A DNA stretch of 64,000 bases from Nemertoderma westbladi (GCA_032718475.1 JAUCBJ010000005.1:2390-66389); one strand, 5' to 3'; counted from the first letter of the stretch, positions 39,150 to 52,428 are shown. Notes: generated from the letters alone by a model not told the origin. Program-made: numbers and translations.

Positions 39150-39725
39150 ACGTAATTTTATTCTTCAAAGAGCGATATAGAGTTACAAAATAAATTGAAC
39201 TGTAGTATTTTACTATATTACTTCCAGAGTTACTGCTATTGTAATTATTGTACGTTTCAACTCTCGATGTTGCCTCACTCAATGTTAAATAATTTAGCGT
39301 TCTCGAATATTTATTACGTAACTAGAGAGCCGCTTAACAACATAAACCAATATTGGATATTGAGTTCCGTTTTGGAGTTCGCCTTACAGACACTAAAGTT
39401 GCATTAACTTTTGAGTGTGGGAATCGATTTTGCTTAAATTACTTGCAAACCTTTTCTGCGTCGATGCTCTTTCTACACGTGCAATACATTTTAAGGAATT
39501 CCACCAGAAAATAGTTTCACATGTTCTTAAAAAACATTACTTTTTTCACCGGGAAAAAAGTAAAATCAAGGCAATCCCATGAGTTAACTTTTTCCCCGGG
39601 AAAAAAAGTAACGAATATGATTGCATTGATTCGACTTTTTTTCCAGGCGAAAAAAGATAACAGGGTTGCAAGTAATTTGAGCAAAATCCATGCACACACT
39701 CAAAAGTTATTGCAACTTTAGTAAT
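39150..39725. repeat. ~570-bp dispersed repeat; inverted relative at ~48800-49310
   Basis: Shared blocks such as ggagttcgcctt.cagacactaaagttg and caactctcgatgttgcct in opposite orientation. Confidence 0.8.
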
Positions 39726-39825
39726 TGAAAGGTACAATTATTATAAACTATCAAGATGTACTCTGTCACAATCATAGCAATGATTTATACAATGACATCA
39801 ACAACGACTTCTATAATAACCTTAC

Positions 39826-40168
39826 CAATGAGCTCAATGCAGGTCTGATTGTCGTAGAAATCGATAAAGTTCCATGGGATCTGCTCCTTCGTGTATTCTT
39901 CTTGCTCCAACTTAAACACGTGCTGCGTAAACTGCTGTTGGAGCTTCTCGTTGGCAAAGTTGATACAGAACTGTTCGAAGGAGTTTACAGCGAATGTCTC
40001 GAATCCGTAAATATCCAGGACCCCGATGAAATGGTCTTGAGGAGTGCTGGATACCAGGGAGCGGTTGATTTGTACCACGGTCCAGTTGAACATCTGGCTG
40101 TATATGTGTTTGGCAAGTGCATCGCGGGCATTACTGGACTGTAGAGCGGTCATTGGTTTAGTCAGCAC
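39826..40168 (-). CDS. MYO5: Myosin V, motor-domain exon (most 5' exon found in window)
   Basis: Translates [48 protein letters not shown] (switch II and relay helix). Acceptor ttttag ends at 40169; donor G|GTAAG at 39825; phase 1. Confidence 0.95.
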
Positions 40169-41944
40169 CTAAAATATAATTTTCATCGGTTTAGTTGATT
40201 CTCAAAGAAATTATAATAAATAATAATGACAAATTCCATAAAGCATTCGATACAATTTGACATAGATAAACTTTCAAATCAAGAAAGTTCTAGCCTATTT
40301 TAAACAATTATTATTGGTCGTAATATTTCATCACTAAAATATTTTCGCAAGAAAAAATTGTATAGAATAATATTCCCTGTGAATCCTATGACAATAATCT
40401 ATAAGGTTACTCACTGCTATGTTAGATGGGAGGCCAGGTAATTGAATTGTAAGCACTGGGCCATTTAAATGGTTTAAAGGTTGATGATAATGAATGAGGA
40501 GGGACCCAACTAACACTACGTTTGTCTATAAGGACGGTCTCCTTACAGCCAGCTGGCTGGCTTTTCTAGTTGAATCATATTATTCCGCAACTAAATAATT
40601 TACTCTTTTAGACGAATTTGTGCGTTTTTTTTTGCCGGACTAACAAATTTTGGAAACGTTCTGTGCGAGATGGGCGATATTTGAAAAGATTCTGAGGCAA
40701 AAATATGTTGCTCAGATGACTGAAGACTGAATATCTCAAATAAAAAAGTTGGTGCATTCTTGACGAGTTGAAATCGGTGAAATTCGACTTTAATTTTCAA
40801 AAACGCTATTTTTCAGTGACCCCGCAGTGAAACGCCACAAAAAATATACAGTCTTGAGCGCAACCAAAATTTTGGTAGAGTTTGTTATTAAAATTTTTGC
40901 GTACCTGTTTGAGTTTTTGAGATATTGGATGGTTATACATATATACACACACACACACAACCACATCGTGTTTTTAAACGGCTCAACTCTTGACAAAAAC
41001 TACCCTGGCCTATTAATAGGCAGGTTCGTTATGCCATATATAAATGCATAAAACTGAAATTCAAATTGGTAAAATTATAGAAAGTAAATTACGATACGGA
41101 AATATAACAATATTGAGAAAAAACAACAACCTATTTTAGTATAGTTACCAGCAAAATAAATAAAGGTATGTTCTAGAATCGCAATCACCTTAAGAAACGT
41201 TTATAATAATTTGAATAGTATCCTGCAGTTATATTAATTAATTAGTACATAGTCCACTAGTTACTAGCTAACATGTGCTATATGCTATACGAGATAACAT
41301 AACAATGTTCTAGAAAAAAAAACTAAAAAATATTCCAGAACACTAAAAAAGAACAATACCACAATACGTAGAACTCATAGCTACTAAAAACCACTAGCCA
41401 TCTGAAAATATAAGACCATATGCAATAAAACACTAGCCCGTAATTGTTGCCACTAAAATATGTTATTTATAGCAAGACTGTTTGTAGAAAAAAATATAGT
41501 GGCACACGGAATCTTAGCCCAAATAATTAGGGGTCGGGGTGCGTTGCAGGTCTTACTGATGCCTCTTAACTTGTAATACTTAACTTTTTATCCTTAACTT
41601 TTACCCATAAACTTTTTACTCTTACTTTTTACCCATAAACTTTTTACCCTTAACTTTTTACCCTTAACTTTTTACCCTTAACTTTAGCTGTAATAATTAT
41701 TTCTTCTACAAAAATATAGTTACATTTTTTGTCCGACTTTTGTTTAAAGTTTATGTTTAATGTTGATAAGAGGTAAGAAAGCATAAGCTTATTGAACCTG
41801 TTCACACACAATAATATATGTCTGTAGGTAAGATTCACTTAACACCAAATTAATTACACAAATTTTACAACCGAAAATAAAAGAATCAGAAACTAAACTA
41901 CGCGAAAAATAGTAAAAAGAGGAACTTTTGAAACAAAACTACAA

Positions 41945-42135
41945 ATTAAAATTTACCCAAACAAAGTGGCCAATCTTATAAAAACAGTAAGACATTAAAA
42001 TTTACCCAAACAAAGTGGCCAATCTTATAAAAACAGTAAGACATTAAAATTTACCCAAACAAAGTGGCCAATCTTATAAAAACAGTAAGACATTAAAATT
42101 TACCCAAACAAAGTGGCCAATCTTATAAAAACAAT
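41945..42135 (+). repeat. 49-bp tandem repeat, 4 copies, each with GGCCAATCT overlapping TATAAAA
   Basis: Unit attaaaatttacccaaacaaagtggccaatcttataaaaacagtaagac. Confidence 0.9.
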
Positions 42136-42875
42136 AATACTTATATATTTAATATTTCAAATCCGCATTTTCGAGGAATTGTTTTCTTTAACATATTCAG
42201 TTTTGTATTAGAAGTTTAACTGAAACGTTAACGGAAATCTCTGTCTAATCAAAAAATACTAGCAACTATATACAATATATAATTGTGAATGAGGATGATA
42301 TTCCAGAACGTTAATCAGCTTTTAAACCAAAAATTCGATTAATCTAGCTACTGGATCAAAAGATACGACAACTAAACTTTTTAATGCTAAATTTATTAAT
42401 AATTACCGACGTAATTAATTACTGTTCTAGAATAAATAATGAGAAATCAACAGAAGGAACTTCTAGATCGTTGATTAGATAAATATTTTATTATCCGCAT
42501 TATGTGGGATTGATTTGATAATTGATATTGTCGCAAATGCGGACATTAAAGACTTTATTGTCCGCAATTTTGCGGGCAATTTTAAAGAAATGTCTTTAAA
42601 TTAAAATATATCTTCCCAAATGTAATACCAGGTTTTTTTTAGATATTTTAGATAACAAATAAAGTAATGCGATTGAAACTAAATGATATGGGGAATGGGC
42701 TTCATTTTTTACTATAATTCACTATATCAGTACTTGGTAAAATGCGTTATTAAAATACGATAATAAATATTAAAATATTACGGTATTAATAAAATACAGA
42801 AACGAAACAAAGTAGATTGAAAGTTTATACATTGTAGATGCGGATTATTTGTTGTTGATTAACTCAAAACTCGCA

Positions 42876-44363
42876 ATGGGAGAATATAACGCTGTTCGCG
42901 AGAGTATTAATATGAATATTGATATGATACGGGGTCAGACAGAAGATCTCTGCGACGAGATGGAGAATAAATTCTCGATGGAAAACTTTAGGGTTCAGGT
43001 GCGCCAGATACAGCTGGACACGGAAAAGGTAGTCAAGGAAACGACGAAAAAACTGGAGAGCATGGAGGAATTCACACCTAATGACTCAGATGCTCTTCTT
43101 GGTGATGTGGAAGGACTCAGAATAGAATTTGATAGAGTTGTTAAAGATTTTAACGATACTCTAAATTATTGCAAAAATTCTGAACAGGAACAATTGATTG
43201 AACAGGAGGAAACCGGACGAAAATCTTTTGTTGGAGAACCGGAATGTACACCAGAACTTTCCGATATTGAACCGGAATCTATACCGGAACCTTCCGATAT
43301 TAAACCGGAATCTAGACCGGAACCTTCCGATATTAAACCGGAACCTAGACCGGAACCTTCCGATATTAAACCGGAATCTAGACAGGAACCTTCCGATATT
43401 GAACCGCAAACTAGACCGCAACCTTACGATATTAAACCGGAATCTAGATTGGAACCTTCCGATATTGAACCGGAATCTATACCGGAACCTTCCGATATTA
43501 AACCGGAATCTAGACCGCAACCTTACGATATTAAACCGGAATCTAGACAGGAACCTTCCGATATTGAACTGCAAACTAGACCGGAATCTAGATTGGAACC
43601 TTCCGATATGAAACCGGAATCTAGACAGGAACCTTCCGATATTGAACCGCAAACTAGACCGGAACATTCCGATATTAAACCGGAATCTAGACCGGAACCT
43701 TCCGATATTAAACCGGAATCTAGACCGGAACCTTCCGATATTAAACCGGAATCTAGACAGGAACCTTCCGATATTGAACCGCAAACTAGACCGGAACATT
43801 CCGATATTAAACCGGAATCTAGACCGGAACCTTCCGATATTGAACCGCAAATTAGACCGGAACATTCCGATATTAAACCAGAATCTAGACTGGATCCTTT
43901 GTATATAGAACTGGAAACTTCGGATGCAGAACCGGATGTTTCGGATGCAGTTAGCAAATTTGAACAATTACATGATAGGAATAATCCCAAACACAAAGAC
44001 ACAACATGTAATAGAACTTTTACAATCAAGGAGACATTCAGAAATCCCATATGCGATAGTATTGTAGCATCACATATGCATAAAATTACAAAACAAGATC
44101 GATTAAAGGAAAACAAACGTTTCATTAATGAAATATGTAAAGATGAGGAAGACTGGACCGACATTAGTCTGGATGACGACGAAGTTATTAATCCGCAACC
44201 GGTCCGAGTCCGTGTGAGTAGTGAGGGAGACAAGGGTGTTACTCGGAATAACACTAGATGGAAAATACGGTGTTGCTTCGCAATAATAATATCGTCAATA
44301 ATTGGCATTGTTGGAATAGTTGTGGGTTTATTAGTTTGGCATCATTTAAAAAGTACAGCGTAA
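42876..44363 (+). CDS. Syntaxin-7/12-derived tail-anchored protein: Habc-like bundle, 11-aa repeats, TM; no recognisable SNARE motif
   Basis: ATG at 42876, 495 aa. The N-terminal ~110 aa (INMNIDMI..FRVQVRQIQLDTEKVVKETTKKL..VEGLRIEFDRVVKDF) align by eye to the STX7/12 Habc. C-terminal RWKIRCCFAIIISSIIGIVGIVVGLLVW is a syntaxin-like TM anchor. Confidence 0.72.
   Translation: MGEYNAVRESINMNIDMIRGQTEDLCDEMENKFSMENFRVQVRQIQLDTEKVVKETTKKLESMEEFTPNDSDALLGDVEGLRIEFDRVVKDFNDTLNYCKNSEQEQLIEQEETGRKSFVGEPECTPELSDIEPESIPEPSDIKPESRPEPSDIKPEPRPEPSDIKPESRQEPSDIEPQTRPQPYDIKPESRLEPSDIEPESIPEPSDIKPESRPQPYDIKPESRQEPSDIELQTRPESRLEPSDMKPESRQEPSDIEPQTRPEHSDIKPESRPEPSDIKPESRPEPSDIKPESRQEPSDIEPQTRPEHSDIKPESRPEPSDIEPQIRPEHSDIKPESRLDPLYIELETSDAEPDVSDAVSKFEQLHDRNNPKHKDTTCNRTFTIKETFRNPICDSIVASHMHKITKQDRLKENKRFINEICKDEEDWTDISLDDDEVINPQPVRVRVSSEGDKGVTRNNTRWKIRCCFAIIISSIIGIVGIVVGLLVWHHLKSTA
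43251..43900 (+). repeat. 33-bp coding repeat (PSDIKPESRPE), ~19 copies
   Basis: ccttccgatattaaaccggaatctagaccggaa; reading frame preserved throughout. Confidence 0.95.
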
Positions 44364-46699
44364 TGATAAGATATACATTGCAGACCAAATTTTCTGTATC
44401 AGATAATAAAAAAATAACATGTGGTAGCCCGAACGCCGAACAACATTCGAGTCACAATTCAAGATAAATACTTTTAAATCCTCCATATTAAGCTATTTAT
44501 TAGTAGAGTTAGTCTAAATAAGTGATGGTGTCATTCACATGATTCAAATTCTAGAATATATTTACGCCTAATGAAGAAACAAACTGAAGAGTTTTAAATA
44601 CTCTAACAAAATTAATTAAACTTCAGAATATGTAAAAAAATATCAGAAAAGTATGGATATACCCGATAGATTAGATTACAGACATCTATGGTTCACCCAT
44701 CAGCAGGCACTAACAATCGATCGGAAAATTATACATCTTGGGAATCTTAGAGAAAAAAGCCTATTTGTGGACTTGAAATAAATTGTTTTGCAGGGAAAAA
44801 AGTTAATCTAATAATTTAATCAAGTCCAGAACACAGAAAAGCTATAGGAAAAAACATTGGTTTTAGAAAATATAATTAACGTGACATATAAAATGAATTT
44901 AATTAATAAAAAATATTTTCCCAACAAAGACGCAGCCTATTGATAGTCTACGTTTTAGCATGTATGTATATCCGTCAATCAAGGAACTGGTTGGTGGAAG
45001 GTTTTCACTTTCGGACCCGACAAAGACACAGTATGTGTTCTAGAACATATCTGACAAGTTTCAGCTTGAGGTATTTTATAATAGATAATAAGTATTTGTT
45101 GTTCTCCTTGTAAATCGCATTTCCTCGAAATAGTAATAATTATTTATTGCTAAATAATAATAAATACTCGAGATATTTTATTTACCGAGCGTAGGTAAGT
45201 CGCTTTAGATCAATGGGTACAACGAGTCGAAGGGAACAAAACTAGTCAAAGGGTACAACATTGAAGGGTACAACGAGATAAAGGGTTCAAACCAGGCTGG
45301 TCTAGGGTTAGGGTTACATGACAGTTTTAATTAGGGTTGAGGCCGCCACTACTGTAACCAGCGAGTTTCATACAGTATATAATAAATCCATGTTGTTCAC
45401 TTTGTCCTGTTGTACCCGTTTTTTGTACTCTTTGACTCGGAATCAGTGTAGGTAAAGAATCGCAGATAGGGTGGGACATCAAACGCCATAAATTCGACCC
45501 TCTACAGAGGAAAGTCGACGAAAATAACAGCTGATTACTCTCAAAAATAAAACTGTAACCTGTTCTATTGACTATCGTTTATAACGTACAGCCGTCACCT
45601 GCCCCTTTACCTAAATTGAAAATTTAACATTGAAGTGAGATATTAATTCGCCGGGATAGGATTTGCGTTCAGTCTCCCTCCCCCCCCGCTCCCCGCTCCC
45701 CGCTCCCTGCTCCCCCCCGCTCCCCATGTCTCAAGAATTATAATAATAAATAAATCTCTTTTTATTCATTCAAGATTGAACATAGTAAAAAATTATGATG
45801 ACACAATATATAAATACACATTATAAAAAACAATAACAATGTACAGTTTTAAATTTAATTAATCTGTAAACGACGGTATGATTTGCATATCTCGGATTGA
45901 ACCAAACAGTTGTCATGTACTGCACGAATAACAGCATTTGTCGATGCAGAAACTCTACTAAATAGACTATTTCACTTCATTTCATTTCATTACCGGCTAA
46001 TGGCCACGGTGGCTATTATTAATCAAATTATTAAATCTTCAGTAAAATAATAGAATGAGACGCATACAAATCATGCAAGACAATAATAAAATTGAGTAAA
46101 ATGTTATAACATCTGCAATACTATATGAATGCATGCATAGTTAATGGAAAAAATAGTTGCTAATAAGACAAGCTTGGGATATGGACGAGAATGTAGCTAA
46201 ATACGTATACGATTCGTGAATTTCTGCAATTGAGCGATGAGTAAATACTCCGCGCAAGGCATTTCCGGGCGGAAATCGAAAAACTATTTGTATTGAACAG
46301 ATTATAAGACAACTGTAAGGTATGTAGCAGTCCAGACTAAGTCGTAGACCTCATGGCTTGCGATAATTTATGTCTAGTACTTTCACAATGCTATAAATCA
46401 CGATAGCTGCTCCATGCAGAATCGTGGGGGTGCAGATCGTTTTCCAAACAAATATCTACTGGTACGTCGTCTACAGCGAGACCCCTCCTGGTGTCAACTC
46501 TTGACCGGTTCATCCATATTAGTTGTACGAAATGGTCTTATATGTATATTTTTGTCGGACGCTGGGAATGACAGACAGAGGAATTTGCAGTGTTAGAAGA
46601 TGTAACAGTTTCGCCGGTCTCAGCTACAATAATGCTCAACTGGTTTTTGACAGGTTGATCTAGAAGTCGCATGTCTGCAGATGACTACTGTAGTTTTGT

Positions 46700-47110
46700 T
46701 TTCGTGAAGGTAAGAGACATGTTGCGTCATGTGAAATATTTCTGGCAGATTGAAAACATTCCCTTTATATCACTGAAGTTGTTGTCTAGTAACAGAATGT
46801 CGTCTGCATATCCGATCAGAGGGTAGGCACTATTATTGATGTGTAGCCCTAATTCAGAAGCCACCAACTCCTGCAAAAGGTCTGCCAGGTAGATATTAAA
46901 TAGTTGTGATGATAGGACGCGACCCTGACTTACTCCGCATGGCAGTTTTATCTTTGAGGTTGAAATTAATCCATTAATGACCATCGATGCTGTTGATTGT
47001 GTGTAATATGAGAATAATGTGGTGAGGATTGAATGATTGAGATTTGCAGCAGCTAGCTTATTGAAAATTTGAGTATAGGTGAGCTAAGAGCCTCCTTAAT
47101 GTTACCCTTG
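46700..47110 (-). mobile_element. LINE reverse transcriptase fragment
   Basis: CGVSQGRVLSSQLFNIYLADL..GYADDILLL. Confidence 0.8.
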
Positions 47111-47504
47111 AATTTCCCCTTGTAGTCGGATATAGTTGGCCCTTGTAAAGATCAGATACCCACTCCCGGGATTCTGCCGCCACTATGTACTCCGAATATG
47201 TAAGGCAAATCGATGTAAATGCACCACAGAACGGATTCCTAAACGAGCATCTCGCTAGCACTACAGTAGCTACTGAATCCAAACAGCAGAATAATTGTGA
47301 GCAAAGTGAAAATATGTTCCAAGTAATTTACCATGCAATACGTAGTTTTATTTTTAGATGGATCATTACAAATCTATTTATGTACTAGAACATTTCAATA
47401 TATACAAATTATTAAAAAAAAAAAACGTTCTAGAATAAGAAAAATAGCAAAATCTAGGTATATATCCATATGATTTTTAAAATTAACTCATCTCCCTTAA
47501 TATA

Positions 47505-48030
47505 ATACTACTACTTCTAGGTTAGCAAGCTCGTACAGTTGAAATGAGATCCTTCCAGGCTTGCCGATTCTCCATAGTTGTCGCAATTTCGTTTCTCCTA
47601 AGTTCAGTATCCCTTTCAAGTTGATCTATATATGTTATGGCCGGTCGTCCACGACTACGCTTTCCATGAGTTGGTTGCCAGAGAAGTAGATCTGGTATGA
47701 CCTCGTCTTTACTTCGCAAGCAGTGCCCACTGAATCTTAAACTGCGTTCACGGAGGGTGGTTGATACAGGTGGAATTGTACCATAAAGCTCGGCGTTTGT
47801 CATGTGATGTCTCCAGCTGATGTTTAGGGCTGCCCTTAGTAGTCTTGTGTAGCAACCATCAATTCGTTGTTCAAGTGATTTAGTCAGTGTCCAGGTCTCA
47901 CCCCCGTATAAAAGTACACTTTCCACTGTGGCTCGAAAGAACTTAGTCTTCAGGTGCCTGGAAAGATCTGATTTCCAGATGGTATCCATTTTTGATAGAG
48001 CTACTCATGCCTTTGCTTTCCTATTCTTTT
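47505..48030 (-). mobile_element. RTE-like LINE 3' fragment with short (TAG)n tail
   Basis: IWKSDLSRHLKTKFFRATVESVLLYGGETWTLT..LRFSGHCLRS..GKRSRGRP. Confidence 0.85.
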
Positions 48031-51000
48031 TTACTACTCTTTAACCATGACCCAAAAAAACAATACAATTACAGAGATTATCCCTTAATACAACACCCAA
48101 AATTTTATTTTATTTCAATCACATGCTACGAAATTTGGTATGGTTATAGTTCGACAAGTTTTCATACTGCTGGCTACTGTAGATTTTTCAATTTCTCAGC
48201 TATTTCGAAACAACAGGCCGCTAAAAATCGTCTATTTAAAAAAACATTAGAATTATAGCGAATCACGTCTCAAAATTTATTACACCTTAGTATTTTGATA
48301 ATGTCTCCGGAAAATTTTGGTAAAATTGAAAACGGATCAAGATTCGGAATCTTGCAGATGAAGGCAGTTCTCGTGTCGCACACTCCAAAGATGAAAAGTA
48401 AAGTTGACGGAGGTGGCTAAATATTGCTAAAAAATGCGTTTTATAACGGCTTGTTGTATCTAAAGAGCTCAGAAATTGAAAAATACGGCACTGCCAGCAG
48501 TACGAAAAGTTGTCGAACTATCATCATACCAAATTTCGTAGCATGAGTGAAATTAAAAAAAGATTAGATAGTTTGTTGTATTAAGTGAGATGGTGTATAT
48601 AAAATAAATATCTATTGTAATCTATAATATATATATATATAATAATCTATATAATATCTATAATAATCTATATAATATCTATATAAAATGAATGTTAGAA
48701 CTTATTTACATAATGAAAGTAACATAAAGAAAGTAACATTTTTATTCTTAAAGGGTCACTTTTTCGCTCGAATATACCTCAAAATCGGGAGAAAAAGATT
48801 CACGTTTTTTCCCCAGGGAAAAAAAGTAATCTATAGGATTGCATTGATTTAACTTTTCTTCCCGGCGAGAAAAGTAAAGTAGAATATTTTTGGAGGAATT
48901 TTTTAATTTTATTACATATATTGAAAGAGCATCGACGTAGAAAAGATTTTAAAGTAATTTTAGCAAAATCCATTCCCACACTCAAAAGTTATTACAACTT
49001 TAGTGTCTGCAAGGCGAACTCCAAAACGGAACTCAGTATCCAATATTGGTTTATGTAGTTAAGCGGCTCTCAAGTTACGTAACAAATATTCGAGAACACA
49101 AAATTATTTTAACATTGAGTAAGGCAACAACATCGAGAGTTGAAGAGTACAATAATTTTAATCGTAGTAACTATAGAAGCAAAAGCAATATAGTAAAATA
49201 CTGCAGTTCAATTTATTTTGTAACACTACTGTACTGTAGTATTTCTCTATATTTTATTATAGAATTTAGCAACAAAAAGGTACCAATTTAAGAATAAAAT
49301 TACGTATTACGTGGGAAAAAAACGTAGAACATTTTTTTTTTCAATATTCTCTCGACCCTTTATTAACCTGGGTGTCGCTCGGAAAATAAAATGCCTTTAG
49401 AATAATGAAAAAAAGTTCTACTTTTTTCCCATGTAATAAATAATTATTTTGCCCGACTTTATAATTCCCCTTTTCCTCTAAAATAGTAAAAGCATTTTCT
49501 TCTCGGCCTTTGTCCTCGAAAATGTAAATTCTAAAGTCGGACAAAATAATGTTACTTTATTTTTGTGAGAGAAATAGTTACAAATTTTATATTATTTGAT
49601 TTATTTTAATTCAATTTTATTTGTTAATGCAAATACCGGTATGTAAATACTGTATATGTTGTTACTGTGGCAACAATGTTTACCCCCCCCCCCCCCCCCC
49701 CCTTATTGAACATTTTAACTGTTCATTATTTACATTATTTTCCTTTATTTTTAATTTTTTTTCTATTATGTATGTTAAGACATCAAATTTTATGTATCTA
49801 ATATTTTGGCTAGAGTTCCGCTCGTCCCATTTTAATTTTATACCAAAGTGTACAAGTTTGCTAGCTGTTACCTTTTAGCGTTTGTGTAAAGTGTTCTAGA
49901 ACATTTCATAATAGTTTTTTTAATTATGATCTAGAACAAGTTATATTTTGTTCTAGAACATTTTCAAAAAGTAGGAAATTTTTTTATTATATATATATCC
50001 AATCCCATCTGTTTCTTGGAGTCTGTGTGATACGTGCTCGTTACGGCGGTGGCGACAGAATCCATATACTGGGAGGTCAGTCTCCGGGTCGCTCAGTATA
50101 GTGCAGGTTGGGGGTGCCGGCGGTACGCAAGTACACACCACCTTCATGCCATACCTGGCCTGGGTATGGTCATTATGGTCTTGGGTCAGAGGACGCGCAT
50201 ACGTTGACCACCACTGTTGCACACACGGATGACTACTGACACACACTCGGTTGCTTTTATTAAACAGTATTTGATTTAATCAACAGGGTAGGGTGCTTTT
50301 ATTTCTTTATTATCTCCATGAATGGATTTCTTCCATCTTTTCTTGTACTCTTTTCAATTCCAGTTATTGTTTAGTGACAGTTTTTTACTTTGCAAGTAAC
50401 AAACTATTCTAGAATGTCATGTTTCATTAGATACTGCATCTTTTATTTTTTGAAAAAGTTTAAAAATAGCTAGCTTTTTAAAACATTAGCTAGACAAAAA
50501 AGAATAGCTACCATAAAAATATTAATATATTTTTATCGCGGGAAATGTTCTAGAACATTAATATATGTAAAAAACTCTTCAAAAATAGCTAGTAAAAAAT
50601 CTGAATATGGGGAGGACGGGCGGAACTGTTGCCAATATTTTATAAATGGTAGCTAGTGTTTTTTATTATAATTAATAATTTGTTTAATAATAATTTGTAT
50701 TTTGATAAGGTTTTGAGGATTTTTGTATTGTGTTTTTGAATGTAATTTTTTGTTGTGAAACATTGATAGCTATTATAGTAACTGATCTAGATAGCTATTA
50801 TTTTGCTACTATTATTATAGTTTTTTTAATAATTTTTTAATAATTTAATTTTTTATGGAGTAATAAATTACTTAAGGTGCCGACAAGCCGACTTTAGAGG
50901 GGTTAATTCAACATTACAATAAGGACTGAGTTGAGGACGCCCCTCGTTACTAAAACTCATTTCCTCTTTGAATCTCTATTACTAATATATTTCTGCCTCT

Positions 51001-51051
51001 AGGGCCATCATCAGCGTAACAATTACCGAACTAGACTAAAATAATAAATTA

Positions 51052-52004
51052 CACCATCCCCATTAATACAACAACAATTTTTAGCAAGTCGGAGCCCCCC
51101 CCCCCCTAATTTTTTAAAATTTCAATCATATGCTACGAAATTTGGTATGATGATATTTCGACAACTTTTCGCACTGCTAATAGAGTGCCCTTTTTTCTAG
51201 AATATTAATTATTATTTAGTTGAGCTTTTAAAACTGTCAATCTTGTTTCTTCATTACGCGTAATTCATATTCTAGAATTGAGTAAAAAAACATTAGAATT
51301 ATATTGATTTACATGTCAAAACGTATTTGTTTGTATACCTTTGAATTTTTATTATATGTGAGCGAATATTACACGTTTTATTTGGTAATATTGGTGAAGT
51401 ATTTACGCATTATCAACGTACTTGAGATAGCTTTATTGGTATTATAACAAATAAAACGTAACCACAAAACCATTCTTTCATTGAAACACCTCTGGGATCC
51501 ATACCAAACCCACGACTGGATTTAATGACAGCGGGACCCCTGGTCGAGACCAGAGTGAGCTTGACTAAGACAGGGAGGTGCCGGTAGATATTATCAGCTA
51601 AGGACATACACAATAATCGTTGAGCGATTTCTGAACTACGTAGACCCGACGGAATCTAATCACATTATATCTCCGGAAGTTATTGGTGAAATTGAAAACG
51701 GTATTCAGATTCGGAATCTGCAGCTGAGGGTGGCTCTAATGATATCTAGGCTACATTCAAAAGACGAAAAATAAGCCAACTGAGATGGTTAAATATTTCC
51801 AAATAGGCGTTTTTTAAATACTCATTGTAGCTAAAAAAAAAAATTGAAAAATCCGACCGGGTGGCAGTAAGAAAAGGTGTCGAACCATCTTCATATCAAA
51901 TTTAATAGCATTTGATTGAAAATTAAAGGAGGGGGGGGGGGGGGGGGGGGTGCTCCGACCAGCTTAAAATGGTTGTTGTATTAAAGGAGATGCTGAGATG
52001 GTGT
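51052..52004. mobile_element. MITE with CACCATC termini and TA flanks; relative at ~48080-48597
   Basis: ta|caccatccccattaatacaacaac..gtcggagc versus gctccgac..gttgtattaa..gatggtg|ta. Confidence 0.7.
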
Positions 52005-52089
52005 ATATAACAAAGTAACTGTAAAATTAATGTCAATATAAACTGGTTTAACAATCGGGTTATGTAAAAAGTAAACTTAGATTATCGCA

Positions 52090-52428
52090 ATGGACGAGAC
52101 AGAAAGGGGTAATCCTTTCATACCAGTGGAGTCATCAACGTCCGTCCAAGACACGAAAACAACAGTTAAACCCAAAACAAAGAAATCCATATCAAATGAA
52201 ACACACACACCTACAAAACAACGACACATATCAACGGCCCAGTCCACATCTAAACAACGGCACATTGCAAAGGACTCAAGACCATCTACACCACAGAAAC
52301 CACAGGCAACCACTAGCACAGATGGAAACATAATCTCCCGTTCCCATCTCTCCTGCTCATCCTCAGATCTTGAGGACAATACAGCTAACCCGATGCAACA
52401 GTTGCAGTTAGAGCAGAAACAATTACAG
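52090..52428 (+). CDS. Exon 1 of a Habc-less syntaxin-like (Qa-SNARE) gene; S/T/K/P-rich N-terminus
   Basis: ATG in a tcgcaATGG context. The frame runs to ..MQQLQLEQKQLQ, ending at CAG|GTAGG in phase 0, compatible with the exon at 56849. Confidence 0.6.

Noticed and set aside
43161-44308. Antisense and alternate-frame ORFs over gene A (RFRFNIG, NRNLDRNLPIL repeats)
   Set aside because: Shadows of the 33-bp coding repeat.
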